Assembly: GCA_003344405.1 (NCBI GenBank)
Contig: NOWV01000126.1
Coordinates: 186,001-223,565, forward strand
DNA from: Trichoplax sp. H2
Taxonomy: Eukaryota
Length of the DNA stretch: 37,565 nucleotides
Direction: 5' to 3'
The notes beneath the pieces are model-generated. The model searched no databases, was not told the origin of the DNA, and was given only the letters and a program-made list of their open reading frames with translations. The translations under genes and the position numbers were made by a program. This document shows, in pieces, positions 1-13,200 of this stretch (position 1 is the stretch's first letter; the number at the start of each line of letters is the position of its first letter).

Positions 1-815
1 TTTTATTATGATGAGCTAGACCCCTTATTGTATCAAGTATTAAGTGCTATTTTCCATAGTAAGTAAAAAAATAAAAAAATAATAATAAAATCTCGTCTCT
101 TTTATACTTTTTATCAAAAGAAATAGAAGACCGCATTTCATTTAATTCTGTCTATCGGAAGGAGACAAAAACTTCAGACTTGACTTAAGCATGGTTACTT
201 TGAGCTAGCAATGCCATAATTTAATACCTGGAAATTATGAATAATCAAAGTTCTCGTTTTAAACAATTAGTGGGTTAATACAATATGACAATAGACGTAC
301 AGACTCAATTAAGTTCTAATTAATTTTTGAATGGTTGAAGAACCTTCGTAAACAATCATTGTTAGATTTTTTTTATCGTTAATTAATGATGAATAGATCA
401 GGGTGCTGCACTCAGTCTTTGACGAGCCTACACCGTATCACGTTAACTGATCAAGGTTAAAACATTACTCATCTCAATGATTAGTTATTGATGTACAACA
501 AGTTTTCCGCTTATAAAAATAATTACGCGACAAAACCGTTAGTTATTTTAAATTTTATGAAAATCTTGCATATATAAACTCTTGGAATAAAATTATGATG
601 TTAATTTACGAGCATTTGGGGTTAGAGTAAGGGTTAGGAATAGTGTAAGGTCATATCTAAGTCTATTAAAATACCAAGGGATGACCAAGGCTGTTCTTAA
701 ATATTGAAATTAAGCTTAAATTCTATGGTCCTTCCATCAATTAGATTTACATGAAATAAAAAGATAATTTTCATATTCAGAGCTTTTATATTTAAAATAT
801 TTTAGTTTGCATACG

Positions 816-1174
816 TGTCACGATGTTAAAAACTACCATTAAGTATTGGTACATTATATTGATCATTATAAACACTTGACAGCTTGTCGTTAGGTTATAG
901 ATTGTAAAACTAATCCATTTTCCAGTATGGGCGAATGAATTAGTGAGATACCTAATTTGTTAAAAGAGCTCAAAGGTCAGGTCGTGTTCTAATCATGATG
1001 GCTTCGTGTTAGATGCATGCTCTAACGTATTTTAAAATAAGGTATGAAACTTAAGGAAACGGTTCAATTATCAAGGACAATTAATCTTGATAAGTATATC
1101 GAGAAAAAAGAAGACCAGAAATATCTACGGTGTATTTTTGTCATTAAAAAATAAGATATCTATTTTCGGTGACA
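816..1174 (-). mobile_element. 359-bp TGTCAC...GTGACA element, probably a diverged family member in reverse orientation
   Basis: 6-bp terminal inverted repeat; flanks ATACG (811-815) and ATAAG (1175-1179), a TSD with one mismatch; minus-strand end ATGGTAGTTTTTAACATCGTGACA resembles A/B right ends; internal similarity weak. Confidence 0.55.
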
Positions 1175-3161
1175 ATAAGTCAGACAGTGTGTCAGATAGT
1201 GCGATGGGGTTTATTTTAAGTTGAATTCAATCGATTAATCATAAAATTTTTACTAAGAAATTTAGAAATTCCAACGCCATATAGTTTGTCATTATGCATC
1301 AGTAATTGCTTCAACCGTGAGAAAGCGAATTATCTTTCTTGTCCCATTTGATTTAAGGTCATCTGTATCTGTGCATGTTATAGTACGTTGAATCTATCTT
1401 TTGTTCTTCTGTAGTTAATTGATTTAGAGTTTGACTCTATCGGTTTGATTTGACAATAAAATTTCCAATTAGGTTTCATAAGTTAGATCGTGAATTTTTC
1501 CTTATATCGAAATTTTATATAACCGAATTTCAAGAAAATCAATTTAATAATAGTTCTGGTCAGTCTAATCTTGATTTCGATAGCAAACCTACGTTTGTTA
1601 TCAAATTAGACAATATTAAGATATGGCAACATTAATCGTAAAAAAAACAATCTTATTTACGGTTAATATTTCCATCGCTTGTGCGTAGTTACGATCTAGA
1701 CAATCCTCTATTAGCAGATCTAGCTTCTAAAGTTTTCTCATAGTCTTTGTTATTCCTAATTATCTAACTATGAATAAGATGACAAAGCTAAAAGCGATAT
1801 TTTGACGAAACATTGTGACAAAATTTCGTGAACGGTTATACTATCTTGCTAACGCAAGGAATAACTTACAAATAGAAATAGAAAATACCTGCACGTAATC
1901 TTAGACTGAGATTCCTACATTTTCTAACTATTACAGTAGGCGTTGCAATCTACACTGCAGTGAAACAATAATCTATCATTATAGGCTGGCATAATATCTG
2001 CGTAATCGAAAGAAATCGACTGAAGGATGATCCAAATCTTTGAAGAATTCTTAGCAGCCTCTTAATATGGAGTAAATCGAAAGCCAATTAAGTTAATATT
2101 CTCATCGTGCATTACAGTTTAACGATGAACTGAAATATATAGAATTAGTAATAGAAACTAACAAATTATATCTTTTAATATCAAATATCTTCTACTGCTG
2201 ACTCTGTTAAGGTTATAATTCTTATCAAAAATCTCCGAAATGAATAGATATAGTATCAAATGCCCGTTTAAGTTGAAGTGATTCCGATGTTTAACATTTT
2301 TAAAACATTAAGACATTTAACAGCGTACCTTTGGAATCTTATTTACCTTTATTTCACGCATTTGTAACGAAATTAGACGCGTATAACATTCATATAATTA
2401 ATCACCTTAAAAGCATGCTTCTGAAGTGCAGAACGAAGATGCAAGTCTTGATCTACGAAAGAATCTATACATACAGACTACAGTTGTGAAATTTTCCATC
2501 TCCTAGAATTTATCCAACCTCCATTGATAGTAATTGTTATTTTTAGAGAAGAAATAAGTTACGAGCACTACGTAATCGCAAATATAAGAATGAATAATCA
2601 TTTCAGACGAAATATTACAATCAGTAATTAATCAGTAACTAATCATTTCATTCTATTTCCAATTTCCAGTCAGCTACTACAACATCCAGAAAAACTGACT
2701 GCAACCAGGTAATTAATCTCATATAAGATGATGAAGTTCATGAGTTTAAATAAAACAAATGAGTTATGTTAACGTAATTACATACGTTTCTAAATCAATT
2801 CACGTAGTAACACCAAATATCACTATCGATGCACATAAGGATGCTCCTCATGAGAGAGGTCTTTTATTTTTAAAAAATTAAGTAGGCACTTCAGAAATTG
2901 GATTCAGGACCATTAGACCATTCATGATAGATCTTAAAGCTACAGTTTACTTAGTAAAGCTAAGAAAAGACTACGAATAAGTCAATGTTATATTTCCAAA
3001 CAATCAGATAGGAGAAAGGAAAATAACTATAGTATTTTCTAATATTGGTACATTTTGCAAAATGGCCGATTATATATTATTTATAGTACGGTATATGACT
3101 ATGATCAATTGTACTTTCTATGCAAACACGGAAGTAAATTAGGAGATAATTTACAAAATTT

Positions 3162-4217
3162 TTAAGCTGGAGTTTCTTTAGATGCGGCAGTCGGCAAGTT
3201 ACTAGAGCTTTCATTGCTAATATTCATCCCTCTTTTTATCTGTCCATAGAGACGAGTTATTCGAGCGCCGATATTTTTATCAAAACGAATTAACAATATC
3301 GGATTAACCACCGAAGTCATAACGGTACTTGAAGCGGCAACAGCACATAAAAGGAAAAGAAACAGACTTTTTCGTTCTAAGTCGCGAATATCAATTCCTG
3401 TCACAGCCATACCGGATGCCATAGCAAAAAATGGCCATGTCATTGCTGCAAATACTGTTGTTATGATGATTAATGTTTTCACCAATGCCTTTCTTTTATC
3501 ATTAGTTAAAAAAGAAGAAGCGACTGCTGTTTGCTTGCTTGGATCGTTTGATTCTGCTTTGCAAATCTTTGCTTTAGCTACCAAGAAACAATAAATTTTG
3601 TTGTAGAGAACTGACATGGTAACCAATGGAGCGACATACAACAAAACAGTTACTGTGATAAAATAAATAAAGTTAAAGTGATCTCGTTGCAAAACAGCAC
3701 AAGAATTTGTTGAGCCTGGTATCGTCCCTGTAACGTATATTAGCGGTAAAGAGGCTGTTATGCTAATAATCCAGATGGCAACAATAAGGCGCTTAAATAC
3801 TATAAGCTTTTTCTGTCTTGATGCCAGTAATAGAGGTTTTAAAATAGATAAATATCGATCTAGACTTATGGCCACTAAAGTCAATATTGAAGCCATGTAG
3901 GACATTCCAATTATATACGATAGAGCTCGACAAATTATATCAGCCATTACAAAGGGCAAGGGAAATGATGACACAAATGGTAAGATAGAAAATGTAATTC
4001 CAGTTGCTAGATCAGAACCAACCATATTTGCAATGAGATGATAAGTGGGCAATTTAGATAAATTTTTGCTTTTAGTAATTGTGTGTAAGATTGCGCCATT
4101 TAATATTAAAGCAGTTAAAGAAGGCACCACAAAAAATCGTTGTGCAATTTGAAGAATACGGAATGTGGAACTTATATTAGCACTCATATTAGCGTTCTCG
4201 ATTTCTGATTGATTCAT
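3162..4217 (-). CDS. Intronless class A (rhodopsin-like) 7TM G protein-coupled receptor, orphan (paralog 1), 351 aa
   Basis: Seven hydrophobic segments; N-terminal NxS sites (NQS, NMS, NIS); TM1 Asn (LILNG), TM2 NMVGSDL, C3.25 (ICR), ISLDRY, TM4 Trp (AIWII..SLP), ECL2 Cys, TM5 YVAP..LY, TM6 FAAMTWPFF, TM7 VNPILL. Confidence 0.96.
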   Translation of the reverse strand: MNQSEIENANMSANISSTFRILQIAQRFFVVPSLTALILNGAILHTITKSKNLSKLPTYHLIANMVGSDLATGITFSILPFVSSFPLPFVMADIICRALSYIIGMSYMASILTLVAISLDRYLSILKPLLLASRQKKLIVFKRLIVAIWIISITASLPLIYVTGTIPGSTNSCAVLQRDHFNFIYFITVTVLLYVAPLVTMSVLYNKIYCFLVAKAKICKAESNDPSKQTAVASSFLTNDKRKALVKTLIIITTVFAAMTWPFFAMASGMAVTGIDIRDLERKSLFLFLLCAVAASSTVMTSVVNPILLIRFDKNIGARITRLYGQIKRGMNISNESSSNLPTAASKETPA

Positions 4218-7200
4218 TACTCAAAATGGTCTTTTTCCTATTAGTAAGACAATTTACAAAGATCAGTCGGTTAGATAAGAGTGGCAGTGAATGATAGAAA
4301 GTATCGCTATAAATAATTGACTTTTCTGGGATATCCTTTAGCAGGACCATCAGTGGTTTTATTATGGTATTTAAAGCTCATATGTAATATGACTATTATT
4401 ATTCTATTTATAGCTATCCTATAGGAAACAATTACTGGTATCATAACGATTATTAGATAATAAAATAACTAGCCAATGCAAAATGAAATAATAATTTCTA
4501 ATAGTTGTTACCCTAATTATAATGGATTATTTTTAATTTTGTCATTTTATTTATCCAGCCGTACAGTGCGATCCTAGTATTCAAATTCAGTTTCATGTAT
4601 AGCAGAACATGTTATATCATTTATACTGAAACATCTAACATCTACTTTCATGTTTGATTATGAGCATCTGATCTATCACAAAAGTTAGATTCTAGCCATC
4701 ATTTCGATCATAAAACTAGTCACAGTTATTAAAACAACTAAGATACGTCTTTTCCGATTCTAAATGACTTCAGTGTAATATCTCATATAAATTTATAAAA
4801 TTATTTCCAATTATCTATGGTAACCACCTAAACAAAAGTTGTACGAAATTTCAAATGCCTAAGAGAGACTGCAGAATCATTTAATGATGTAATATTTAAT
4901 AATATTTTATATTTTTATAACGAGCTGAAGAAAGGATTTACTGTTTAACGAAAACTTATTTTGATCATTCTTTAAGCCGCTTGGCAATTGGATATAGAGT
5001 ATAAGGAAATTATGCTTAGACACAATTTAACAAGATTACAGAACGTATCATTTAAGTCAGTTGCGTCATGAAATATATTTAAATTGTTGTACATGATCTG
5101 TTGACTCTTCAAAATCTGTAAACGATTACTGCCAAGATTTTCTACAGATAGCTATTCTATTAACAGGAAAAATCTTCATCCTATATATCTGATGCAATAC
5201 CTGTGTAGGATACTGCATTAGATAGAGTTCGATACTTATTTATCAAGGATGTAAGGCCAACATTTTATAAATGTTTTATGTTGATTGATCGCGAAACTGT
5301 ACGTTCAGACTGCATTGCAAGTTAGTCTTAAATCCACACAGTTAACACTAATCAAACTTCCTGCCACAATATGAAACTGGCACCATTCTGAAGGTTGAAT
5401 ATTCCTATTTATTTTTGAAATACCATGACTCAAGGTAAAACAATGCTGTCCAAGTTCATATTATCTTAGGGCTCTACAATTGGAAGAAATCTATTCAAGT
5501 CTAAATTTTACCGTAATAATTGTCTATTTCTGTCATTCATATCGGGATCTCACGACATAGCAGTATTCCGTGAATACAATGAACTTGTGTTATTCTTTTA
5601 ATTCAACACCGTTATTCCTTCTTCGCTTGATCGCTTTCAATCTTTGATATAATTTGATGTTAATAAGGAAGTTGATTGTATAGCTATGTATTTTGCCTAT
5701 GGCTCAATCATTTAATTCGCTATGCAACAGTGAAAATACTTTGCATACTGCCTCATCATTTTCATAAAAATTCGATATTCTAAGTCGATATATTAAATAG
5801 GCGTGACAGTTTATCGACTTAAAAATGCCAAATTTGTATAGAATTAGCCGAGAAAGTATAGGAAATATGGCATTTTTCTTAAATTGCAATACAGCGTATA
5901 ATTACTAGAAGGACTGAGTCAATGTTTGCTACATCCAATTTAAATCGCATTTAAGTGAGTATTTGCAAGAATAGAGTCTTCATACCGTATTTTGAATAAA
6001 CGGCAACATAATATTAACATCATGTAAGCAGAATAAAGCATGGATAGATACTGGATAATACAGTAAAAACTCTCAAATATTCGTAATACCTACCGATACT
6101 TGCAGGAATCATTAAAAAGAAAATTATACTTCAATAGAATCCGCGAGCTACGATGTCTACGAATTTACACACTATCATCGAAAATTTATTGCCGATTCAG
6201 CATTATCTGATTTTGGTAAAGCGTCCTCAAAATATTAGAACAAGAACTAGTAATTTTTGTAAAACTTGATGCTATTACTTTGACTAAGTTCTTCTAACAA
6301 TCCTAAAAGACTAAAAATAGGCCTATCGCCCCCAGTAGTTTCAATTTCTATTTCAAAATTATCATTCTGTAGGATAATTAAATACTGCGCGTACTTACTT
6401 TTACTATAGCATTATTCGATAGATCTTACGTAGACATACAATAGAAAATTGATCATAAAGGAGCAAATAACCGTATTAAATGTACAAATAATTCAGTTCA
6501 GTGTTCTAAAAAATGCATAAAATTTTTGCCCTTAAGGCAAAAGAAAAACCATTTGAAAGCTTAGCCTTTCCTTTATCATAGGATTACTAAAGCATAACAC
6601 GGCCAGTTAGGATCGCCATTTACAATTAGCAGTTTTTTAATATAGTAGCACCGTCCACGTAAGAGTATCAGAAGTATAGTGGTGCAAAAGTTCGACTCAA
6701 TTTAGAATGTGTAATACTTTGAAAATTTTGTTGATTAATTTACTCATAGCATTAGTATAGCTAATTTATAGATGGACAGGCGAGTGTAACATTTTTATCG
6801 GGTCTCGGACCTACAGCTACTATATAAGTTGTATATTTGTTGTTTGTTGTTGCTATATATAGCTTCTTATAACGGTTACCCATAAGCTGAAGTGGTACGG
6901 AAATGTACATTTTGCCTTGTTAGTTTCCTTGCTGTGTCAGTGCAGCTTACAAGTAGTGAATAGCAATATTGTATTTGTGGCTAGCAATTCTAAACGAGTA
7001 TTGCAAGAATTGCGTTACGATACACTATTAAGTAGTCCTCTATTGCTATGAATCAAGCAAGCAATCCCAGAATTTAGTAGTATAGATAGACTACATTAAA
7101 CTATTTAGCAAATATAAACTCCCATGGAAATAATTTTAAAGTACAAACGGTAATTGTCTAAAGAGGCATAGAATCACGATTTAAAACCTTATGCTATAGA

Positions 7201-10200
7201 AGTTATGAATTTGCATTATGATGGGGGCGTTTGCACTAAGAAATACCGTACAGGGTATTTAATTTCTCAACTGGTATAAAGCTTTTTTTGACTATTTAGT
7301 ATCATTGTGAACGCCGACAATAATCATAATAAATTATACATACCGTAGTACTTTACATCATATTGCTATCATACTTCCAAAGTACACAACTATCGCAATT
7401 AGCTGAATCACCACAATAGCGTAGAAGAGTTTGTTATTTAGCTATTTCTTATTCTAGTTCTGTCATCGTTTGAAATCACAATAATGATATCATTGGTAAC
7501 AAACCTTGACTTAAAATCGGTAACCTAATTAGGAATGTAGGAAAATAGGTGCTACAGTAAGTCCATAGTGATCATAAGTAAGATAGTACTTTAGATCTGA
7601 GTGGAATAGTGTTAACTAGGGTTAAATTAACCGTTAAGTTATTTGTCTGCGACGGTTAATAGATAATTTAAAGACGATAGCATTCGCATTAAGTGAGAAT
7701 GTAAGGCGCCTCAGTTGCTTACGGTTAAACTTTTAGGATTGCACAGGAATAACACGAGTTGTACGAGTATATGAAATTGTAAGATTATGGACAAGCACGT
7801 GTCTCTATAGGATAATTTGGTAAACGAAATCAGTTTATGTAATAATGTGAAGTTGTACAGTACAAGAAATTGAATTTCTTTCTATACCAATTTATAGCAC
7901 TTTAATACTGCTGTAATTTCAAGCATAAATTGTTACGATACTGGTTTTATAGCACATATCAAGTCCGATATCGTGCTAGACTTTGATTGTAATCCCATAA
8001 ATACTGAAAAAACTACGAAAATTTTTCTATGTAACCTAAACTTACTACCACTCTTCGTTAGTCATATGGAATACTAACAATTCTAATCAGTCAGTAATCA
8101 AGCTTTACAGAGACTAGCAATCATGATACTCTCAAATAGATCTTAAATCTGGGCTTTTAAATCTTCTGTTTTGAGTATCCCTATCTGGCACATCGTGAAT
8201 TAGCCACTTCAAACATTTAAACATAAAAAGGAGTATGACGCCGCTGTAGGCACTCTAAAGAAAGGTAATCAGGTTCAATTAAAAATGAATAAGAATATTA
8301 GAATGCATTGAAATTTGCGAGCGTAACAGTCTGGCACGATGCCGAAGCTGATCTTCCTAGCGACAATAGAATTATGTGATAGACTTATTAATTCGTATAC
8401 CTTAATTTAATTGATGTGCGATTCATTTTTGTTTACATAGGTATCAGCCGTCATAGCACTAAATATTTACTTTTAAACGAAGTTTATTCCTTACGCTATG
8501 CAAGATATATTGATTTTGAAAGTATTAAAAATACACGCCAATTAACAAATCTTCATAGTCTTATAGTGCAAAACTATTTTATAACGCAATTGCCCATTGT
8601 TTCCTTTAACAATGAGCAAAGAGAATTGTATACGAATCGGCAGACATATTATACTTAAGTAAATTTAGCGAGCTGAGACTCGACATTGATTATGGTTAGG
8701 AAAGACTCGAAAACCTGTAGAGGACTGATTGCAGCGTGCTGCTATTACAATAGTGTGGTGACGTTGAAAAGCGTACGAGAAAATTTGTTTTGATCGAAGA
8801 TGTTATAAACCAACATTTTATTTACAAGATAGTATACATTTCACTAATTGAGTTCTTTACCTCTTATCAAAAGGACATATCTGGCGTGGTTCTTTTACTA
8901 AAATAAAGCACCACTAAGAGTAAAGTGTTTATTACTGGTTGCATTGTTAATCTAATTGGCGGTCTCCTTAGCTATGAACAATTTTAATCTCTTCACCATC
9001 TTTCACATGAGAATACAAGGCCAAAAACCTATTAATTGCTTGTTTAGCATCTTTATTAGTAAATATTCTCAACCCAAAACTACCAACTTTACTCATATGT
9101 AATCTTTTGGTTAGTGTACATTAGATCCTAGTACCATTAAAAGGACTTCTGTACTACAAGATAATCTTTTTCTAGTCCTAGAACTCAACTATTTCAGGCT
9201 TGATTATCCAATTAATCTTCCCAATCAAAATATAATCGGTGTCAAATATTGATCAGATATCCAACTATTTAAATAAAGTCTTCGATAAGGTATGAGCTAC
9301 CGTATCTAGCATTACTGTAATGAACTATACGAATTTAGCTAAATTCGTGACATTACTGAAACGATGAGATGCCAGAGTACGAAAGGCTAATAATTAATTA
9401 CATCTAAACTTAATCGCTACCAACAGTTATGAGATTAAAAAGAAAAACAGGCGTTATTTCAGCTACATTTAAAATAAATCAATGATAGTACGTATTATTT
9501 ACACGGTATCTTATTTTCTCTCTGAATTACTTGAATATTATGATATCTTTCAAATTTTAGTAGATATTGAGTAAAAGTGATCAAATTTTCGATATTGTGA
9601 GATATATTCATAAAGGTGCTGTAATGACTTTTATTTCTTTATTCTGATTATAAGCTACGGCGCTTCTAATATAGAAAAAGTCAATAGTTGATTTTTATTG
9701 CCCGGACATTGAAAGTAAAGGGGAATTCAATTTTCTTTCTATTATATACTAATTCTAGAATTTAAACGTTTATTGAGAATAGCTGCTGTATATAGTTTGA
9801 TAATCGCAATCATAAAGTTTCAGTTGAACGAAATTTCAAGATATGTTAGTGGTCCTAAATTAGTTGAACGTTATATTCTTTGAAGTCATCTGTCAAGAAG
9901 TAGCAATTGGTAACTAATTCTTATCTCGTTTTGATCAGATAACATACTTTTGGTATCTGTTAAAAATACCGTTATCTGTGATCTTATATAAATGCTTAAT
10001 TTTATAATATCACCTATAAATTAATAATTAATTTCTATTTGGATTTAACATAAATTGGGGAATTTTCAATAAAGTTTGGATTCAGCCTTCTATAAAGAGG
10101 GACCAGTAGTGTTATGGATCTTCCTAATGATAGGAGATAGTCAATATCAGAATTACACCGTAGATAGAAGTCTGAGAGGACAAATTTAATAGTAGACTCA

Positions 10201-13200
10201 TAGTATTATATTTCTAGTTGTAGTTTTAATTTCTCACGTTAAACATTTAGATTTGTAGCATTACCACTTCAAGGAAAGAAAATCAATTTCTTTTCATTGG
10301 AAAAACAACAGCGGGTCTGAATTGAGTAGAATGTCTAACGTGAGATGTATAATAATTAGGTGCGATTAACGTTGTGCTTGTCATTTAATTAAGATATCCT
10401 TTTTTAATGCTTCATTGATTGATATCTTCAAGATATATCCAGCTATTTACGAAGAAACAACCTATTCATCTACTTTATGCATACAGCATATCATTGGTGT
10501 TGAAGTAGCGATAGTACATTAATATATTAGGGATTTAATGAAATGTTTGTCTATTAGACACCGATGATAAAATAAATCTTACAATGGTCGCGAAGTTTTA
10601 TGCAGAATCGTACGCTGGTGTAACCTTACAGTGTTTATGTTTCTATCATGAGAATGCAGAAGAATGGAAAATTTTAAATTCAAAGTTTAAAAGTCGATTA
10701 GGAGATGAAAATTAATTCAACATATTTAATCAAATTGAATAAATTCAATAATTACTTCGAGTTAATTTGAAAGCTAATTGACTTCTTTTTAGAAGTATTC
10801 TAATCTAAAGAACTAAAAAGTCAATGGGGGATCTAAAAATAATGACTTGAGCACTTTACTTAATTTAAATCTCCATACTAAATATGGAAGCATTTTAGTC
10901 CTTTAAAGTTCATTATTGTGTAATTTTAACACTATTCTACAATAATATATTTTTCAGCTGTTTCTGTGTATATGTAATCGAGCTTGAGTGAAATATCGTA
11001 TTAGAAATAGTGTTGCTACGTATACAAGATTTTCAAGCTGATTTAAATTTAAAATTCTTGCTTAATTATGATATACTAACTTACCGATTCAATTTTCAAT
11101 GATTGTTATCGCCTTCAGCCAGAATATTTGATAGGATTCACCGTAATGCCATTAACATGGAAGCAAGGGGATTATTATTTGGCTATTCTGCTGCGGTATG
11201 AGTTAAGTATCGTTAACAATTTGAACCTTAGTCTGTAACTGCAAGTTGCTGTGATATAAATGATTTCTAAAACCACTGTCCAAGGCTCTAATAAGTATAA
11301 AAGATCTGATTTGTTTACTATTTCTCATACAAAAAAAGCGATGTTACGGTCTGATGAAAAATTAACTGTCAAAATTGAATGCCTTAACTAAGATAGATTT
11401 GTCCTTTTATTGATCCTTCTCAGTAAGGCGAATATGAAATTTTTTTGTCATTCTTCCTTATTGTCAGAAAATACGACCAGACTAGACATTTCTATTACAA
11501 ATTTAAAGGCTTAAAAAAGGAAGCTCTCTAAACAGACACATTCAATAATATCATTGTTTCACTCCAAAATGAATATGATTAAATAAACTACTATTTTATT
11601 TCGGTTTATTACATAGCGGTATTTTTATATTCATTAAAATTTGCTTGTATGAACCCTACTTTAAGATAAAGTTTCGAACCGTTTTCCTTTAATGATTCAA
11701 GTCAAAGACACAGACTTTCATTATAAATGAAGGATTTAAATCCTAAAATGCTAGCATTACCAATGGAAATCGCACACGCTAATAACTCACTAATATCTTA
11801 AATTGTTTTAAGCTATATCCATTGACCAAAGAGCGGAAATGAAAGCAACAAATAAAAAACACAGTATGCTAATATGTGTAAGTTCATATTAAACGTATAT
11901 ATTCAAAGAGAGGGTTGACTGAAAGAGTTAAAAACATGAGCATTAAAGATTTTGCCTTATTCAACTTAATTCTTTTCTTTGTGAACCTACAAGTGTAAAC
12001 AAATTATTACAGAACAAAGTCTTATTGTGAACCCAACATTTATGTACTGACGTTGATCTAATAAATTTTTAGTAATAACCACAATACTTTCACTTTATTG
12101 ATAGACAGATATTATTATAATCATATTAATATTAACTAAATTAATATCATTTATCAAATATAAATTAAACCATCCATGACAGTTTATCATTATCGTATAA
12201 CTAAATTGCGTCATGTCATACGCCATGGTGCTTGTGAATTAAGGTTTTAATTAAAATAAATTACATTGTGTAGATTATAGGCCTCTGTAATAAAATATTT
12301 CTCATTATGATAAGGATCTTTTATAGTAAATACATCGGGCAATTTCATTTACATTTGCTGAAGGAGGTATCAGTAGCATGAAATCATTTCTGCAATAATT
12401 TATAATAAGTCAGAAATGAAATACTCATATATGTGACGTTCATAATATTACAGTACTGTACTGAGCACACCGATTTAGCAAAAAGTATAAACAAAAGTAT
12501 AATCTCTGACGCCAATTTTATAAGATGCTAGCTTAGAAGATTCACTAGCTAGCAAGCCTTTTAATAAATCGAAACTAACAAAGATACGGTGCAATCCGAA
12601 GCTAAACTTTAGTAAACTATCGTTATCTATAAGTCGAGTATGATATTTTTGGCTAGATTGATTGATTCATCGTGAAATTTCAAAAAGGATATTTTCAGAG
12701 ATTACTACCTTAATTCGTGAGTATGGCTAATAAACACACACACATAATACTACAATATTGGCCAATCACCACTTTTGAAACGGTTCTATTATTACAGTAT
12801 ATACGTACTATATAATATCGTATCTGTTACTAAAAAAAGAATATAATTTGCCTTAGTATAATATAATGAACCCTTAAGTTTTGCACATAATAAATTGAGA
12901 GTACAGATATGTAATTAATCTCAAGAAATTATAGCTAAACAAGCTCCTATCTAAGCCAGTCTTAATGGGTTGGCATATCACGATTAATGCCCTCATTGAA
13001 CTTTATTTTTCTCCTCCTTTGATTGTCTACGACTAGATGTACGCATTTCATAACAGATTAAGTGCTTTCATCTATGTTTACGTAGTTACTGGAGTATTGT
13101 ATAATTAAAGAAACTTCAATTTAGTGCCTACAGGAGTTTATTAGTCTTTAGGAAAAGATTCTACGAAGGACAAAGCTATAAATCTGATATGTGTAGTATT

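Noticed and set aside
816-1820. 1-kb element bounded by an 11/12 inverted repeat (TGTCACGATGTT / AACATTGTGACA)
   Set aside because: No TSD (ATACG vs AAATT); the 816-1174 pairing has a better TSD, though 1820 could be an orphan end
1450-8658. Short ORFs 1450-1635, 5704-5889 and 8416-8658 (also 25754-25945 and 34699-34893)
   Set aside because: At most 80 aa, mostly non-ATG starts, AT-driven composition and no motifs
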